Position numbers and translations under genes: made by a program. A stretch of DNA of 64,000 nucleotides, taken from Sphingomonas sp. (lineage in GTDB: Bacteria; Pseudomonadota; Alphaproteobacteria; Sphingomonadales; Sphingomonadaceae). Position 1 is the stretch's first letter. Each line of letters begins with the position of its first letter. Location of the stretch: positions 90,675 to 154,674 of the forward strand of contig NZ_DASVSH010000031.1 in assembly GCF_036388215.1 (NCBI RefSeq), in the 5' to 3' direction. Below, one piece after another: positions 11,288-20,912 of the stretch. The notes beneath the pieces are model-generated. The model did not search any database and had not been told where the DNA came from. It worked only from the letters and a program-made list of their open reading frames with translations.

Positions 11288-11311
11288 GAGGAACGGACAA
11301 GGAGAGCTCAG

Positions 11312-11491
11312 ATGCCAGTCGAACCGCCGATTCAGCCCACCGCGCCGCCCGACGAAGCGCCCGCCGCGCCACAGCCCGGCCACCCCGAGACGCCGCCTCC
11401 TGAATATTCGCCGCCCCCGCCCGACATCGACGTGCCGGCACCCAATCCCGGCGGCGATCCCCCGGCGGGACCGATGCAGCCGACAGCCTGA
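11312..11491 (+). CDS. Small Pro-rich hypothetical protein (59 aa)
   Basis: RBS GGAGAG; MPVEPPIQPTAPPDEAP...; followed after 10 nt by a second small ORF. Confidence 0.6.
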   Translation: MPVEPPIQPTAPPDEAPAAPQPGHPETPPPEYSPPPPDIDVPAPNPGGDPPAGPMQPTA

Positions 11492-11501
11492 GGAACAGCC
11501 G

Positions 11502-11684
11502 ATGACCGACAACAACAGCAACGACGCGCGCTCCGACCTGGAACAAGCCGTCCAGTCGCGTTCGGACGAAGCCGATGCCGCGAAGGGCGGCGCAACCACC
11601 TCTCCGCTCGATCAAACGGGAATCGACGATGGCGTCAGCGGCAGCCGCGGCGAGGTCAAGAACCAGGACGTGGCTCAGCAATGA
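11502..11684 (+). CDS. Small hydrophilic acidic hypothetical protein (60 aa)
   Basis: AGGA RBS; MTDNNSNDARSDLEQAVQ...; fills the gap before the Crp gene. Confidence 0.65.
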   Translation: MTDNNSNDARSDLEQAVQSRSDEADAAKGGATTSPLDQTGIDDGVSGSRGEVKNQDVAQQ

Positions 11685-11700
11685 CGGACGGAAGCTTGCG

Positions 11701-12423
11701 GTGATCGACCGGCACCTCATGAAACTGCGCGCCCGCTACTCGATCAGCCAAATCGAGGAAGCGGCGATCCGCGAGTCGCTTACGGAGGTCGCCCGCTACC
11801 CCGCGGATCACACCGCCATCCGGGCGGGAGAAGTCCTCACCTTCTCCACTCTGCTGCTTGATGGGCTGATGACCCGGTACAAGGATTTGAGTGACGGCCA
11901 GCGCCAGATCACGGAAATTCATGTGCCGGGGGACTTTGCCGATCTGCACAGTTTCACGCTCAAGCATCTCGATCACAACGTCATGACGCTCACGCCGTGC
12001 AAGATCGTAAAATCGCCGCACGACCGCATTCAGAAGCTCTGCGAGGAACACCCCCGGCTCGGCCGCATCTATTGGTTCTCGACCAATCTCGACGCGTGCA
12101 TTCACCGCGAATGGGAAGTCTCGCTGGGCCGCCGCTCCGCGCTCGAGCGAACCGCGCATTTACTATGCGAACTTCAGGTGCGGCTGGGCATCGTCGGCCT
12201 GGCGACTGGAAACGGATACGCGCTGCCGATCACGCAGGCGGACGTCGCCGAGTGCCTCGGCCTCACCCCCGTTCACGTCAATCGCGTCCTCAAGGAATTG
12301 CGCGAGACGGGCCTGGTGGAATTCCGCAACGGCCGCGTGACGATCCACGATATCGAGGGGCTGAAGCGGGCGGCGGAGTTCGACCCCACCTATCTCTATC
12401 TTGGCCAGCGCGAGCGCGGCTAG
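11701..12423 (+). CDS. Crp/Fnr-family transcriptional regulator
   Basis: cNMP-like domain (DGQRQI..HVPGDF.DLH), C-terminal HTH (LPITQADVAECLGLTPVHVNRVL). Confidence 0.93.
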   Translation: MIDRHLMKLRARYSISQIEEAAIRESLTEVARYPADHTAIRAGEVLTFSTLLLDGLMTRYKDLSDGQRQITEIHVPGDFADLHSFTLKHLDHNVMTLTPCKIVKSPHDRIQKLCEEHPRLGRIYWFSTNLDACIHREWEVSLGRRSALERTAHLLCELQVRLGIVGLATGNGYALPITQADVAECLGLTPVHVNRVLKELRETGLVEFRNGRVTIHDIEGLKRAAEFDPTYLYLGQRERG

Positions 12424-13025
12424 GGCTTCACGCGCCGCACGGCCAGCACGCGGACCGGCTTCACCGGAACCTCACCCTTGAACACGCCACCGCGCAGCGT
12501 CGCGCTGGGCGAGACGGGCGCGTCGAAGACCTTGAGCACCACATCCATCCCCTCGACGACGCGGCCGAACGCGGCATACCCAAGATTGTCGCCGGGATTC
12601 GCCGGGTTTGCATCGAACGAAGGCTGATCCCCCAGGCTGATTGTAAACTCCCCCTGCGCACTCCCCACCTTCACCCGAGGCATCGATATCGTGCCGTCGA
12701 GATGCTTGATGCCCGTCAGGGTCGTAGGTTCATGTCTGACCGGCGGGAAGACGCGCTTGGGATCGTTCTGCAGCCCCAGTTGCACGAAGCCGAACCGGTC
12801 CTGCACCTTCACCACGCGATAAAAACTGATGCCGTCCAGCCGCCTGGCATCCACATAGCGCAGGAAATTGGCGGCGGTGATCGGGGCCTTGTCGGCATAG
12901 ACTTCAAGGACGAAGCGTCCGGCCTCGGTCTCGAACGCGACGCGAGGGTTAGTGGGCGGCGTAGCGGTCTGCGCGGCAGCGGGAAGCGCGAGGGCGCATA
13001 GCGCGATCATAAATGCGCGAATCAT
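12420..13025 (-). CDS. Secreted cyclophilin-type peptidyl-prolyl isomerase
   Basis: Signal peptide, ETEAG, APITAANFLRYVD, FYRV, GTISM, GYAAFGRVVEGMDVV. Confidence 0.9.
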   Translation of the reverse strand: MIRAFMIALCALALPAAAQTATPPTNPRVAFETEAGRFVLEVYADKAPITAANFLRYVDARRLDGISFYRVVKVQDRFGFVQLGLQNDPKRVFPPVRHEPTTLTGIKHLDGTISMPRVKVGSAQGEFTISLGDQPSFDANPANPGDNLGYAAFGRVVEGMDVVLKVFDAPVSPSATLRGGVFKGEVPVKPVRVLAVRRVKP

Positions 13026-13348
13026 TCCTTGTCCTCCGGTCCATTCCGGGTTTCCGCAAGCATCGCGCTCTCCGCCTTGAGCGGACGGGAAACCGGGCAT
13101 ACCTCCTGCAGATAACCGTTGAGCGAGTTGGCGAGATGCTCGGTCACCAGCTTGTAATGCACATATTGCCCGCGCTTCTCGCTCGTCACCAGCCCCGCAT
13201 TTTCGAGCACCGAGAGATGCTGCGACACCGCCGGCTTCGAGATGGAAAACCGAGCGGCGATCTCGCCTGCGGTAAGGTCCGTATGGCTGAGGTAGGCCAG
13301 GATTTTGCGCCGGATAGTGGACGACAAGGCTTCAAAGACACGCTGCAT
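13022..13348 (-). CDS. ArsR/SmtB-family repressor (SdpR-like)
   Basis: FEALSSTIRRKIL..L...AGEIA.RF.ISKPAVSQHLSVL..AGLV..EKRGQ; ATGA overlap with the cyclophilin gene. Confidence 0.9.
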   Translation of the reverse strand: MQRVFEALSSTIRRKILAYLSHTDLTAGEIAARFSISKPAVSQHLSVLENAGLVTSEKRGQYVHYKLVTEHLANSLNGYLQEVCPVSRPLKAESAMLAETRNGPEDKE

Positions 13349-13396
13349 GCAGAGTATTTAAGCGATTTCTTCATTGCTTTCCAGCCCGACAACGTT

Positions 13397-13420
13397 ATTT
13401 AGGTAATTGCTTAATTACCT
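13397..13420. promoter_or_regulatory. Putative ArsR operator
   Basis: Perfect inverted repeat AGGTAATT-GCTT-AATTACCT (13401-13420) in the divergent arsR/desaturase spacer; related TATTTA half-site near 13355. Confidence 0.6.
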
Positions 13421-13433
13421 GCGAGTCGAAACC

Positions 13434-14345
13434 ATGGATGATCCCAATGCGGTGAACAGCCTGATCGAAACGCCGGGGACCAGCGCCACCGAAGGCCATG
13501 TGCGCTGGAACCCCATATTATCGCTCTGGAACGGGGGCATGCTGGCGGCGGCAGTTATTCTCGGCCCATCCACGATCTCCGCCGGTGCGCTGTGCGTTTT
13601 CGTAGCCACTACGGGTTCTGTGCTGCTGCTCGGTCATTCGGTGGGCTTCCATCGGCGCCTGATCCACCGCAGCTTCGCCTGCCCGCTATGGCTTGAACGC
13701 GTTCTGGTCTGGTTCGGCACGATCGTCGGCATGAGCGGACCGCATGGCATCATCCGTACGCACGATCTGCGCGATTGGGCGCAGCGGCAACCCGCATGCC
13801 ACCCCTATCTCAGCCACCGCAGCCCGATACTGAAGGACGCATGGTGGCAATTGCACTGCCGGCTTGAACTCGCACATCCGCCCCGCTTCGATCTCGGCCG
13901 CGCGGGGCAGGACCGCTTCTACCGCTTTCTCGAAGCAAGCTGGATGGCGCAGCAATTGCCGATCGCGGCCTTGCTGTGGTGGGCGGGCGGATGGGGCTTC
14001 GTCATCTGGGGCGTCTGTGCCCGCGTCGCCATCTCGGCGCACGGCCACTGGTTCGTCGGCCACTTGGCGCACACGCGCGGTCCCCAGACCCTGCTGGTCG
14101 ACGGCGCAGGTGTGCAGGCGCACGACGTGCCCTGGGCCGGCTTCGTCACGATGGGCGAGGCCTGGCACAATAATCACCACGCCTTTCCCGGCTCGGCGCG
14201 GATAGGGCTCCATCCGGGGCAGAGCGACCTCGGGTTCGCGTTTATCCGGCTACTCCAGCGAACTGGATTGGCCTGGGATGTCCAGACGCCGGAGCGCTTT
14301 GCTGATCGAAATACGATGCTTCGCGCCGTGGAGAACCGGGCATGA
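13434..14345 (+). CDS. Membrane fatty-acid (acyl-CoA/delta-9-like) desaturase with non-canonical second His box
   Basis: GFHRRLIH and GEAWHNNHHAFP.SAR.G motifs; box 2 reads HDLRDWAQ. Confidence 0.85.
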   Translation: MDDPNAVNSLIETPGTSATEGHVRWNPILSLWNGGMLAAAVILGPSTISAGALCVFVATTGSVLLLGHSVGFHRRLIHRSFACPLWLERVLVWFGTIVGMSGPHGIIRTHDLRDWAQRQPACHPYLSHRSPILKDAWWQLHCRLELAHPPRFDLGRAGQDRFYRFLEASWMAQQLPIAALLWWAGGWGFVIWGVCARVAISAHGHWFVGHLAHTRGPQTLLVDGAGVQAHDVPWAGFVTMGEAWHNNHHAFPGSARIGLHPGQSDLGFAFIRLLQRTGLAWDVQTPERFADRNTMLRAVENRA

Positions 14346-14824
14346 CCGAAGACATCGCCTACCCGCGCGATGGCGGCTGCCTTCCTCTTCTGGTGTCGAC
14401 GGCGCTGGTTGCACTTGTCCTGACGACGGCGCTCACTTTCCCCTATTTATCGATCGCGCTCTACATCGCTGTCTTGATGGTGACGGCATTCATCGTCGCG
14501 ATCGTCGGGCTGCCGCTATATTTGCTGGTTCTCCGCCTTCGCTGGCAAAACCTGGGAACGGCGCTCGCCACAGGCGCGCTCACTGGCGTCGCGATACCCG
14601 TGATCTTTTCGCTAGCGGATCGCACTCCCGCGGAGTGGCCCATCATCGGTGGCCTCGGGGCGGCGGGAGTGATCGGCGGTGCCGCGTTCTTCCTCGTCGC
14701 GACCGCGAGTCAAAATCGGGCGCGCAACTTGGCAATTCTGATGGCGCTCGGCGCAACGTCCGTCGCGTTTGCGCCCGTGGTCGCAGCCTTGCTCAGCCTA
14801 GCGTCTTCTTCAGCAGCTCGTTGA
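14342..14824 (+). CDS. Hypothetical membrane protein (~5 TM)
   Basis: ATGA overlap with the desaturase; hydrophobic throughout; 3' end overlaps gatB by 32 nt. Confidence 0.6.
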   Translation: MTEDIAYPRDGGCLPLLVSTALVALVLTTALTFPYLSIALYIAVLMVTAFIVAIVGLPLYLLVLRLRWQNLGTALATGALTGVAIPVIFSLADRTPAEWPIIGGLGAAGVIGGAAFFLVATASQNRARNLAILMALGATSVAFAPVVAALLSLASSSAAR

Positions 14825-16301
14825 CCACGGCCGGATTCGCCTTGCCCTGCATCGCCTTCATCGTCTGGCCGACGAAGAAACCGAACAGGGTTTCCTTGCC
14901 GCCGCGATATTGTTCGAGCTGGTTCGGGTTGGCGGCGAGCACGCCGGCGATCACTTCTTCGATCGCGCCGGTGTCGCTGGTCTGCTTGAGCCCGCGCTCC
15001 TCGACGATCGCAGGGGCGCCCTGCCCGGTTTCGAGCATGATCTCGAACACCTGCTTGGCGAGCGGCCCGGAAAGCGTGCCGTCGGCCTGCAATGCGAGTA
15101 GTTCGGCGCCTTGTATCGGGCTGACCGGGCTGTCCGCCAGGTCCTTGCCCAGCCGGTTGAGCGCGCCGAACAAGTCGGAGATCAGCCAGTTAGCCGCGGG
15201 CCGCGCGACTTCGGTTTCGCCCTTGCTCTGCACCCGCGCCGATTCGGCGGCCAGCGCCTCGAACCAACGCGCGGTATCAGCGTCGGCGGTGAGCACCGCG
15301 GCGTTGTATGCGCTCAGCCCCAACTCGCTTTCATAACGGCGGCGTTTCGCATCGGGCAGTTCGGGCAAGCTCGCCTGGCACGCATCCAGAAACGCATCGT
15401 CAAGCACCAGCGGTAGCAGATCGGGATCGGGGAAATAGCGGTAATCGTGCGCATCTTCCTTCGATCGCATCGAGCGGGTCTCTCCGCGGTCGGGATCGAA
15501 CAGCCGCGTTTCCTGGACGATCTTGCCACCGCTCTCGATCACTTCGACCTGGCGCTTGGCTTCGATCTCGATCGTCTGCATCACGAAGCGCACCGAATTG
15601 ACGTTCTTGGTCTCGGTGCGCGTGCCCAGCTCCTCGCCCGGCCTGCGCACGCTGACATTTACGTCGGCGCGCATCGAGCCCTCTTCCATATTGCCGTCGC
15701 ACGAGCCGACATAGCGCAGGATCGAGCGCAACTTCTTGACGTAAGCTCCTGCTTCGGCTGGAGAACGCATGTCCGGCCGACTGACGATCTCCATCAACGC
15801 GACGCCCGCGCGGTTGAGATCGACATACGAACGCGTCGGGTGCTGATCGTGCATCAGCTTGCCCGCATCCTGCTCGACATGGATGCGCTCGACGCCGATC
15901 GACATGGTCTGCGCCTCGGGGTCCTTCTCATCCAGGCTGATCTCAATCCGTCCCTCGCCGACGATCGGGTGATAGAGCTGGCTGATCTGATACCCCTGCG
16001 GCAGATCGGCGTAGAAATAATTCTTTCGATCGAACCGCGAATATTTGTTGATCACCGCCCCCAGCGCCATCCCGGTGCGGACGGCCTGGCGGATGCACTC
16101 CCTGTTGGGCGTCGGCAGCATGCCGGGCATCGCCGCATCGATCAGCGAAACCTGGCTGTTGGGCTCGGCGCCGAACTCGGTGGACGCGCCCGAGAAGAGC
16201 TTGGCGTTGGATGTGACCTGGGCGTGGATTTCGAGGCCGATCACGACCTCCCATTCGCCGGTTTCGCCGTGGATGCGGTAGGGTGCGGATGCGTCAGCCA
16301 T
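14793..16301 (-). CDS. gatB: Asp/Glu-tRNA amidotransferase subunit B
   Basis: [56 protein letters not shown]. Confidence 0.99.
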   Translation of the reverse strand: MADASAPYRIHGETGEWEVVIGLEIHAQVTSNAKLFSGASTEFGAEPNSQVSLIDAAMPGMLPTPNRECIRQAVRTGMALGAVINKYSRFDRKNYFYADLPQGYQISQLYHPIVGEGRIEISLDEKDPEAQTMSIGVERIHVEQDAGKLMHDQHPTRSYVDLNRAGVALMEIVSRPDMRSPAEAGAYVKKLRSILRYVGSCDGNMEEGSMRADVNVSVRRPGEELGTRTETKNVNSVRFVMQTIEIEAKRQVEVIESGGKIVQETRLFDPDRGETRSMRSKEDAHDYRYFPDPDLLPLVLDDAFLDACQASLPELPDAKRRRYESELGLSAYNAAVLTADADTARWFEALAAESARVQSKGETEVARPAANWLISDLFGALNRLGKDLADSPVSPIQGAELLALQADGTLSGPLAKQVFEIMLETGQGAPAIVEERGLKQTSDTGAIEEVIAGVLAANPNQLEQYRGGKETLFGFFVGQTMKAMQGKANPAVVNELLKKTLG

Positions 16302-16704
16302 TGTCGGTCTCGGGTGCGATCAGGGTCAATTCGGGGAAATAGGAAGCGATCTTCTTGTCTCGGGTCATCAGTGCGGCGTCGGCAGCGGCGGCATGGCCAG
16401 CGATGAGAAAATCGGCAAGGACCGTATCGCGTCCGCCTCCTCGCCGCCGATACTCGCGGAATGCTCGCCCGCTACGCAACGCAGCGTCAGTCGTAAAGGG
16501 AAGGATTATCAGAGCGAAGCGCCGAAGGGCATCGTCCACGGCCGCCTCGTCGGCAAAGTGGCCGGCAAGCTCGGCGATCACGATGTGATTGACTGCGAGT
16601 TCATTTTCGATGCGTGCCTGCGCCAGAGCCTGACGGGACCAATCGGCCCACTCCCCTTCGGCCAGCAGGATATCGAGCATCACATTCGTGTCGACCATGA
16701 TCAC
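16294..16704 (-). CDS. vapC: Type II TA system VapC/PIN toxin
   Basis: [24 protein letters not shown]; GTGA overlap with the antitoxin; its end overlaps the gatB start by 8 nt. Confidence 0.92.
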   Translation of the reverse strand: MIMVDTNVMLDILLAEGEWADWSRQALAQARIENELAVNHIVIAELAGHFADEAAVDDALRRFALIILPFTTDAALRSGRAFREYRRRGGGRDTVLADFLIAGHAAAADAALMTRDKKIASYFPELTLIAPETDNG

Positions 16705-16982
16705 GGGAGCGGCTCGTCACCGCGCAGGTCCTGCATGATCTCGTCCGTGGACCGCCCGATGCGAAACGGCATGAACTGTTCGCGCACCCGATCAATATCC
16801 GCCAGCGCCGCCTCATAACGGCAACGCCGCTCATCCTCCGAAAGCGTCGCCTTGCGCAGGAACGCCCGGTCGCCCTCGCGGCCGATCTCCACGGGATCGC
16901 CAGGCTTCAGCCCAAGCGCATCGCGCACATCCTTGGGGATAGTGACCTGGCCCTTCACGGTAAGGTTGGTGACGCGGCTCAT
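16701..16982 (-). CDS. vapB: AbrB/MazE/SpoVT-family antitoxin (VapB)
   Basis: LTVKGQVTIPKDVRDALGLKPGDPV swapped-hairpin signature; C-terminal STDEIMQDLRG. Confidence 0.92.
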   Translation of the reverse strand: MSRVTNLTVKGQVTIPKDVRDALGLKPGDPVEIGREGDRAFLRKATLSEDERRCRYEAALADIDRVREQFMPFRIGRSTDEIMQDLRGDEPLP

Positions 16983-16989
16983 CGGGCTA

Positions 16990-17011
16990 GTATTACCGGT
17001 ACGGGTATTAC
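16990..17011 (-). promoter_or_regulatory. Putative vapBC operator and leaderless promoter
   Basis: Two quasi-palindromic GTATTAC units spaced 8 nt apart; on the minus strand TAATAC lies 7 nt before the ATG with no RBS. Confidence 0.55.
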
Positions 17012-17015
17012 TTGT

Positions 17016-18500
17016 CTACCACCACGCATCGGGCCGCGCGACGAACCCTGCGCGCTCCTCGATAGCCAGCCCTGCGTTGAGCACGCCCTGCTCATCTAAT
17101 GGCTTGCCGATGATCTGCAGGCCCAACGGCAGCCCCGCGCTATCCAATCCGCCAGGCACCGACATCGCCGGCAGCCCCGCAAGGCTCGACGGAACGGTGA
17201 ACACGTCGTTCAAATACATCGCGATCGGATCGTCCGATTTCTCGCCCAGCGCGAACGCCGCACTCGGTGCGGTTGGAGTCAGCAGATAATCGCAAAACAG
17301 CCAGGCGCGTTCGAAATCGCGGGCGATCAGCGCGCGGACCTTCTGGGCCTGGGTGTAATAGGCGTCGTAAAACCCTGCCGAGAGCACATAGGTGCCGATC
17401 AGGATGCGGCGCTTCACTTCTTCGCCAAAGCCCGCGGCGCGGGTCGCGGCATACATGTCCTGCAAATTCGCGCCCTCGGGCAAGTCGCGCAGCCCGTAGC
17501 GCACGCCATCATAGCGCGCGAGGTTCGACGAGGCTTCGGCGGGCGCGATGATGTAATAGGCCGGCAGCGCATATTTGGTGTGGGGAAGCGAGACCTCCAC
17601 GATCTCCGCCCCAGCATCCTTCAGCCAGGCGATTCCGGTCTCCCAGAGCCGGACGATCTCGGGCGGCGAGCCGTCGATCAGATATTCGGCCGGGATGCCG
17701 ATCTTCTTGCCGCGCAGATCGCCCGACAGGTTTTCTTCCCACTTCGGCACCGGCAGATCCAGCGAAGTCGAATCCTTGGCATCGAAGCCCGCCATATTCT
17801 CCAGCAGGATCGCGCAATCACGAACGTCGCGCGCCATCGGGCCCGCCTGGTCGAGCGACGAGGCGAAGGCTATCACGCCCCAGCGCGAGCAGCGGCCATA
17901 GGTCGGCTTTATTCCCGATATGCCCACGAACGAGGCCGGCTGGCGGATCGATCCCCCCGTATCCGTTCCGGTCGCGCCAGGGCACAGCCGCGCCGAAACC
18001 GCCGAGGCGCTACCGCCCGACGAGCCGCCCGGCGCCAGCGCGGCATTGTCCCCGCCCCCGCGCCGCCACGGCGAAATCACGTTGCCGAAATAGCTGGTCT
18101 CGTTCGACGAACCCATCGCGAACTGATCCATGTTGAGCTTGCCCAGCATGCCCGCGCCCGCATTCCACAGATTCTGCGACACCGTCGATTCATAGACCGG
18201 CTTGAAGCCTTCGAGAATGTGGCTTGCGGCGGTCGTCTGCACGCCCTTGGTGCAGAACAGGTCTTTCATCCCGATCGGCACGCCGGCCAGCGGCTTGAGG
18301 GGTTCGCCCCGCGCGAGCGCTTCGTCGGCGGCGCGCGCGGCGGCGATCGCATGGTCCGGCGTCTCGACAATGAATGCGTTGAGCGCCTTGGCCTTGCTCA
18401 CCTTGACGATGAACTGGTCCGCCACTTCGCGCGCCGAAAACTTGGCGCTCCGGATGCCATCGCGCAGCGCCGCGACACCGAGTTCGGTGAGGTCAGTCAC
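17016..18500 (-). CDS. gatA: Asp/Glu-tRNA amidotransferase subunit A
   Basis: [35 protein letters not shown] amidase signature. Confidence 0.99.
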   Translation of the reverse strand: MTDLTELGVAALRDGIRSAKFSAREVADQFIVKVSKAKALNAFIVETPDHAIAAARAADEALARGEPLKPLAGVPIGMKDLFCTKGVQTTAASHILEGFKPVYESTVSQNLWNAGAGMLGKLNMDQFAMGSSNETSYFGNVISPWRRGGGDNAALAPGGSSGGSASAVSARLCPGATGTDTGGSIRQPASFVGISGIKPTYGRCSRWGVIAFASSLDQAGPMARDVRDCAILLENMAGFDAKDSTSLDLPVPKWEENLSGDLRGKKIGIPAEYLIDGSPPEIVRLWETGIAWLKDAGAEIVEVSLPHTKYALPAYYIIAPAEASSNLARYDGVRYGLRDLPEGANLQDMYAATRAAGFGEEVKRRILIGTYVLSAGFYDAYYTQAQKVRALIARDFERAWLFCDYLLTPTAPSAAFALGEKSDDPIAMYLNDVFTVPSSLAGLPAMSVPGGLDSAGLPLGLQIIGKPLDEQGVLNAGLAIEERAGFVARPDAWW

Positions 18501-18508
18501 AAGAAATT

Positions 18509-18686
18509 CCGCTCACCCTGAGCTCGTCGAAGGGCGCGTTGCCGCCCGCGACTAATGCGTTGATGGATAGCCGGCCTTCGACAGGCTCAGGCTGAGCGGA
18601 GTTTGGGGCAAACCTCCCCCCGCTCATGCTGAGCCTGTCGAAGCACTGAGATTCCCAACGGCCTTCGACAAGCTCAGGCTGAGCGG
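18509..18686. repeat. Family-A REP cluster (two inverted pairs)
   Basis: CCGCTCA.CCTGAGC..GTCGAAG / CTTCGACA.GCTCAGG.TGAGCGG units, four in tandem between gatC and gatA. Confidence 0.9.
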
Positions 18687-18704
18687 TAGCGGGGATCATG
18701 CGCA

Positions 18705-18992
18705 TCATTCCACCACCTTCGGCACGGTGAAGAAGCCATGCTCGCCCTGCGGCGCGTTCGCCAGCACGGCGTCGCGCTGGCCGCCCTCAGTCACCACATC
18801 CTCGCGCAGGCGCAGTTCGTTGGGGATCACGGCGGTCATCGGCTGGATGCTGGAGGTATCGACCTCGCTCAGCTGCTCGATCCAGCCCAGGATATTGTTG
18901 AGCTCAGGCGCGAGGCGCTCGGCATGCTCATCGCTGATCGCGATGCGAGCGAGGCTCGCCACCCTCTTCACGGTTGCGGTATCTACGGACAT
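18705..18992 (-). CDS. gatC: Asp/Glu-tRNA amidotransferase subunit C
   Basis: [27 protein letters not shown]...[10 protein letters not shown]. Confidence 0.97.
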   Translation of the reverse strand: MSVDTATVKRVASLARIAISDEHAERLAPELNNILGWIEQLSEVDTSSIQPMTAVIPNELRLREDVVTEGGQRDAVLANAPQGEHGFFTVPKVVE

Positions 18993-19029
18993 GAAGGGCG
19001 GCTAGCAGAGCGCGCCTCGGATACGCAAC

Positions 19030-20772
19030 CTATTCGAGGCCCGTGCCGATCGGTTCGCCTCCGACGAATAGCTGTCGGCGCTTGACCTCGCGCATTTCGA
19101 TCTGTCCGCTCGCATATGCCTTTCGTTGCGCGTCTGCGCGAGCTTGGGCTTCATCCTTTTTTGGAACTGGCCTGGCGCCCGTATTATCCGTCCAGTTGCC
19201 GTCGATCAGCCGCACTTCGGTGGCGTTGTTGCATGGCCAGCGGTCCCGGGGCGCGAAACAGGAGTCGCGCAGGACCATCGCCGTTCCCGCATCCGCAAGC
19301 AGCACCGTGCACCCGCCATTCTCGCCGGCGCCGCAGCGCTGAGTCGCCAGATAGTCGAGCAGCGCATCCGGCAATGGCGGCGATCCCGCAGGGAGCACGC
19401 GCAAGCGCCTGGCGACGTCGGCGCGCGAGGGGCCTTCCGGCTGCACTTCCCAACGGCTTTCCGCCTTGCCGGCGCGTGCCGCGCGTTCTCGAATGTCGGC
19501 ATTGGCCGAAGCCTGGAGCTTCTTAAGCGCCGCCTTGCCCGGTTCGCCGAATTCGAAGGCCAGCGCCCGCCAGTCGAACTTTTCGGGCGCGAGCCTCCCC
19601 GATTCGAGCCGCGAGACCTGATCGCGTGTGGCGATCGCATTGAAGCTCACCAGCGGAGTCGCGAGCAGCAGCGCCACCGCGCAGGTGCCGAACGCCAGAT
19701 TGAGGTTCGCCGGTCGCACCTTCGCCGCCCAATCAAGCCGTCCACGCGCCAGCGAGACCAGATAGGCCAGCCCGTAAGCGCAGGCCAGGATCACAAAGGT
19801 CAGCGCCCAGAGCCGCTCCGGCGTGAAACCATATTGCCCGATGCGCAGCCCGATCGCGACCGCCGCGATAATCCCCAGCGGCAGCATCACCGCCGCCAGT
19901 CCCATCGCCGCGAAGCGCGGCAACGGGAACTTTCGCTCCTCGCCTGGCGCATTTCCAATCACCGAATTGGAGAGAATCAGCGATCCGACGACGCAGGCGA
20001 GCAGGATTCCCGTAGCGCTCCCCGCCTCCCAAAGCGGCGCCAGCCCGGTGAAGGGCAAGGCGACCAGGAACACGATCAGCCCCACCGCCAACACCGGCGC
20101 AAGCACCGAAAGCACCGTCAGCACGACGCGCTGGAGCAGCCGAACCACCTGCGTCTGCTCGCGCAGGATGCCGAGCGCGCCGCCAAACGCCAGCCCGATC
20201 AGCGCGCGCCAGAACCAGTCATTGCGCAGCAGATTGCTCAGGAATCTGAGCTTGATCAGGTCGAACAGGCCAGCGAGCAGATAGGTTAGGGCAAAGGTGA
20301 TGCCCACGAACACCCAGCACGCGCCCCACAAAACCACATTGGTCCAGGCATGATCATGGACCGAGGCATAGGGAAAGCGCGGCCCTCCCTCGTCGCGCCC
20401 TGCCTGAAACAAGGGGGCGGCGATCGCGATGGCGAGCAACAGGCTGATCCCGCGCCAGCCATCGCCCCCGCTCCAATGATCCGGCGCGCCGTTCCACCAC
20501 ACGATGCCCGCGGCAACCACGCCCGCCGCCACTGCAAACGCGACCGACGCCCACCACAAGCGTCGCTCGATCGTGAACCCGATCAGTCCGGCCGTCACTG
20601 TCACGAAGGCAAGCGCCGCCAACAGTCCCGCACTCAACTGCGAGTCCGAAAGTTCGCCGATGATGAGATGCACCACCAGGCCCGTCACGAGCCCGAGCAG
20701 CGCCAGCAGCACCGGCCGCAGCGGCCAGTCTGCATTCGCGGTTGTGGTTCCTGCGTCGTGCGAATCGATCAT
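19030..20772 (-). CDS. Multi-pass membrane protein, DUF4153-like
   Basis: About 12 hydrophobic segments, RIGQYGFTPERLW motif; GGGGAG RBS before ATG 20772. Confidence 0.75.
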   Translation of the reverse strand: MIDSHDAGTTTANADWPLRPVLLALLGLVTGLVVHLIIGELSDSQLSAGLLAALAFVTVTAGLIGFTIERRLWWASVAFAVAAGVVAAGIVWWNGAPDHWSGGDGWRGISLLLAIAIAAPLFQAGRDEGGPRFPYASVHDHAWTNVVLWGACWVFVGITFALTYLLAGLFDLIKLRFLSNLLRNDWFWRALIGLAFGGALGILREQTQVVRLLQRVVLTVLSVLAPVLAVGLIVFLVALPFTGLAPLWEAGSATGILLACVVGSLILSNSVIGNAPGEERKFPLPRFAAMGLAAVMLPLGIIAAVAIGLRIGQYGFTPERLWALTFVILACAYGLAYLVSLARGRLDWAAKVRPANLNLAFGTCAVALLLATPLVSFNAIATRDQVSRLESGRLAPEKFDWRALAFEFGEPGKAALKKLQASANADIRERAARAGKAESRWEVQPEGPSRADVARRLRVLPAGSPPLPDALLDYLATQRCGAGENGGCTVLLADAGTAMVLRDSCFAPRDRWPCNNATEVRLIDGNWTDNTGARPVPKKDEAQARADAQRKAYASGQIEMREVKRRQLFVGGEPIGTGLE

Positions 20773-20912
20773 GATGCTCCCCCTTGGCGAGAGCATCCGC
20801 CCCTGCCCGCCCCCGCGTCAACTCGCAGTTGCATCCGGCGCATCCATGGCTCAGGGAGCCGCGGTTGCCGGGGTGCCGGTTTATGTTGCAATGCACGATG
20901 GAGTGGTCGGTC

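Noticed and set aside
11120-11311. ORF 11120-11491 as a 123-aa protein
   Set aside because: Its first part is the antisense of tRNA-Leu; only the portion from ATG 11312 has an RBS and promoter.
18509-18686. Four ~25-bp repeats as a possible CRISPR array
   Set aside because: The units alternate in orientation, spacers are irregular, no cas genes are present, and the same unit is dispersed at 31926, 46489 and 56759. This is REP behaviour.
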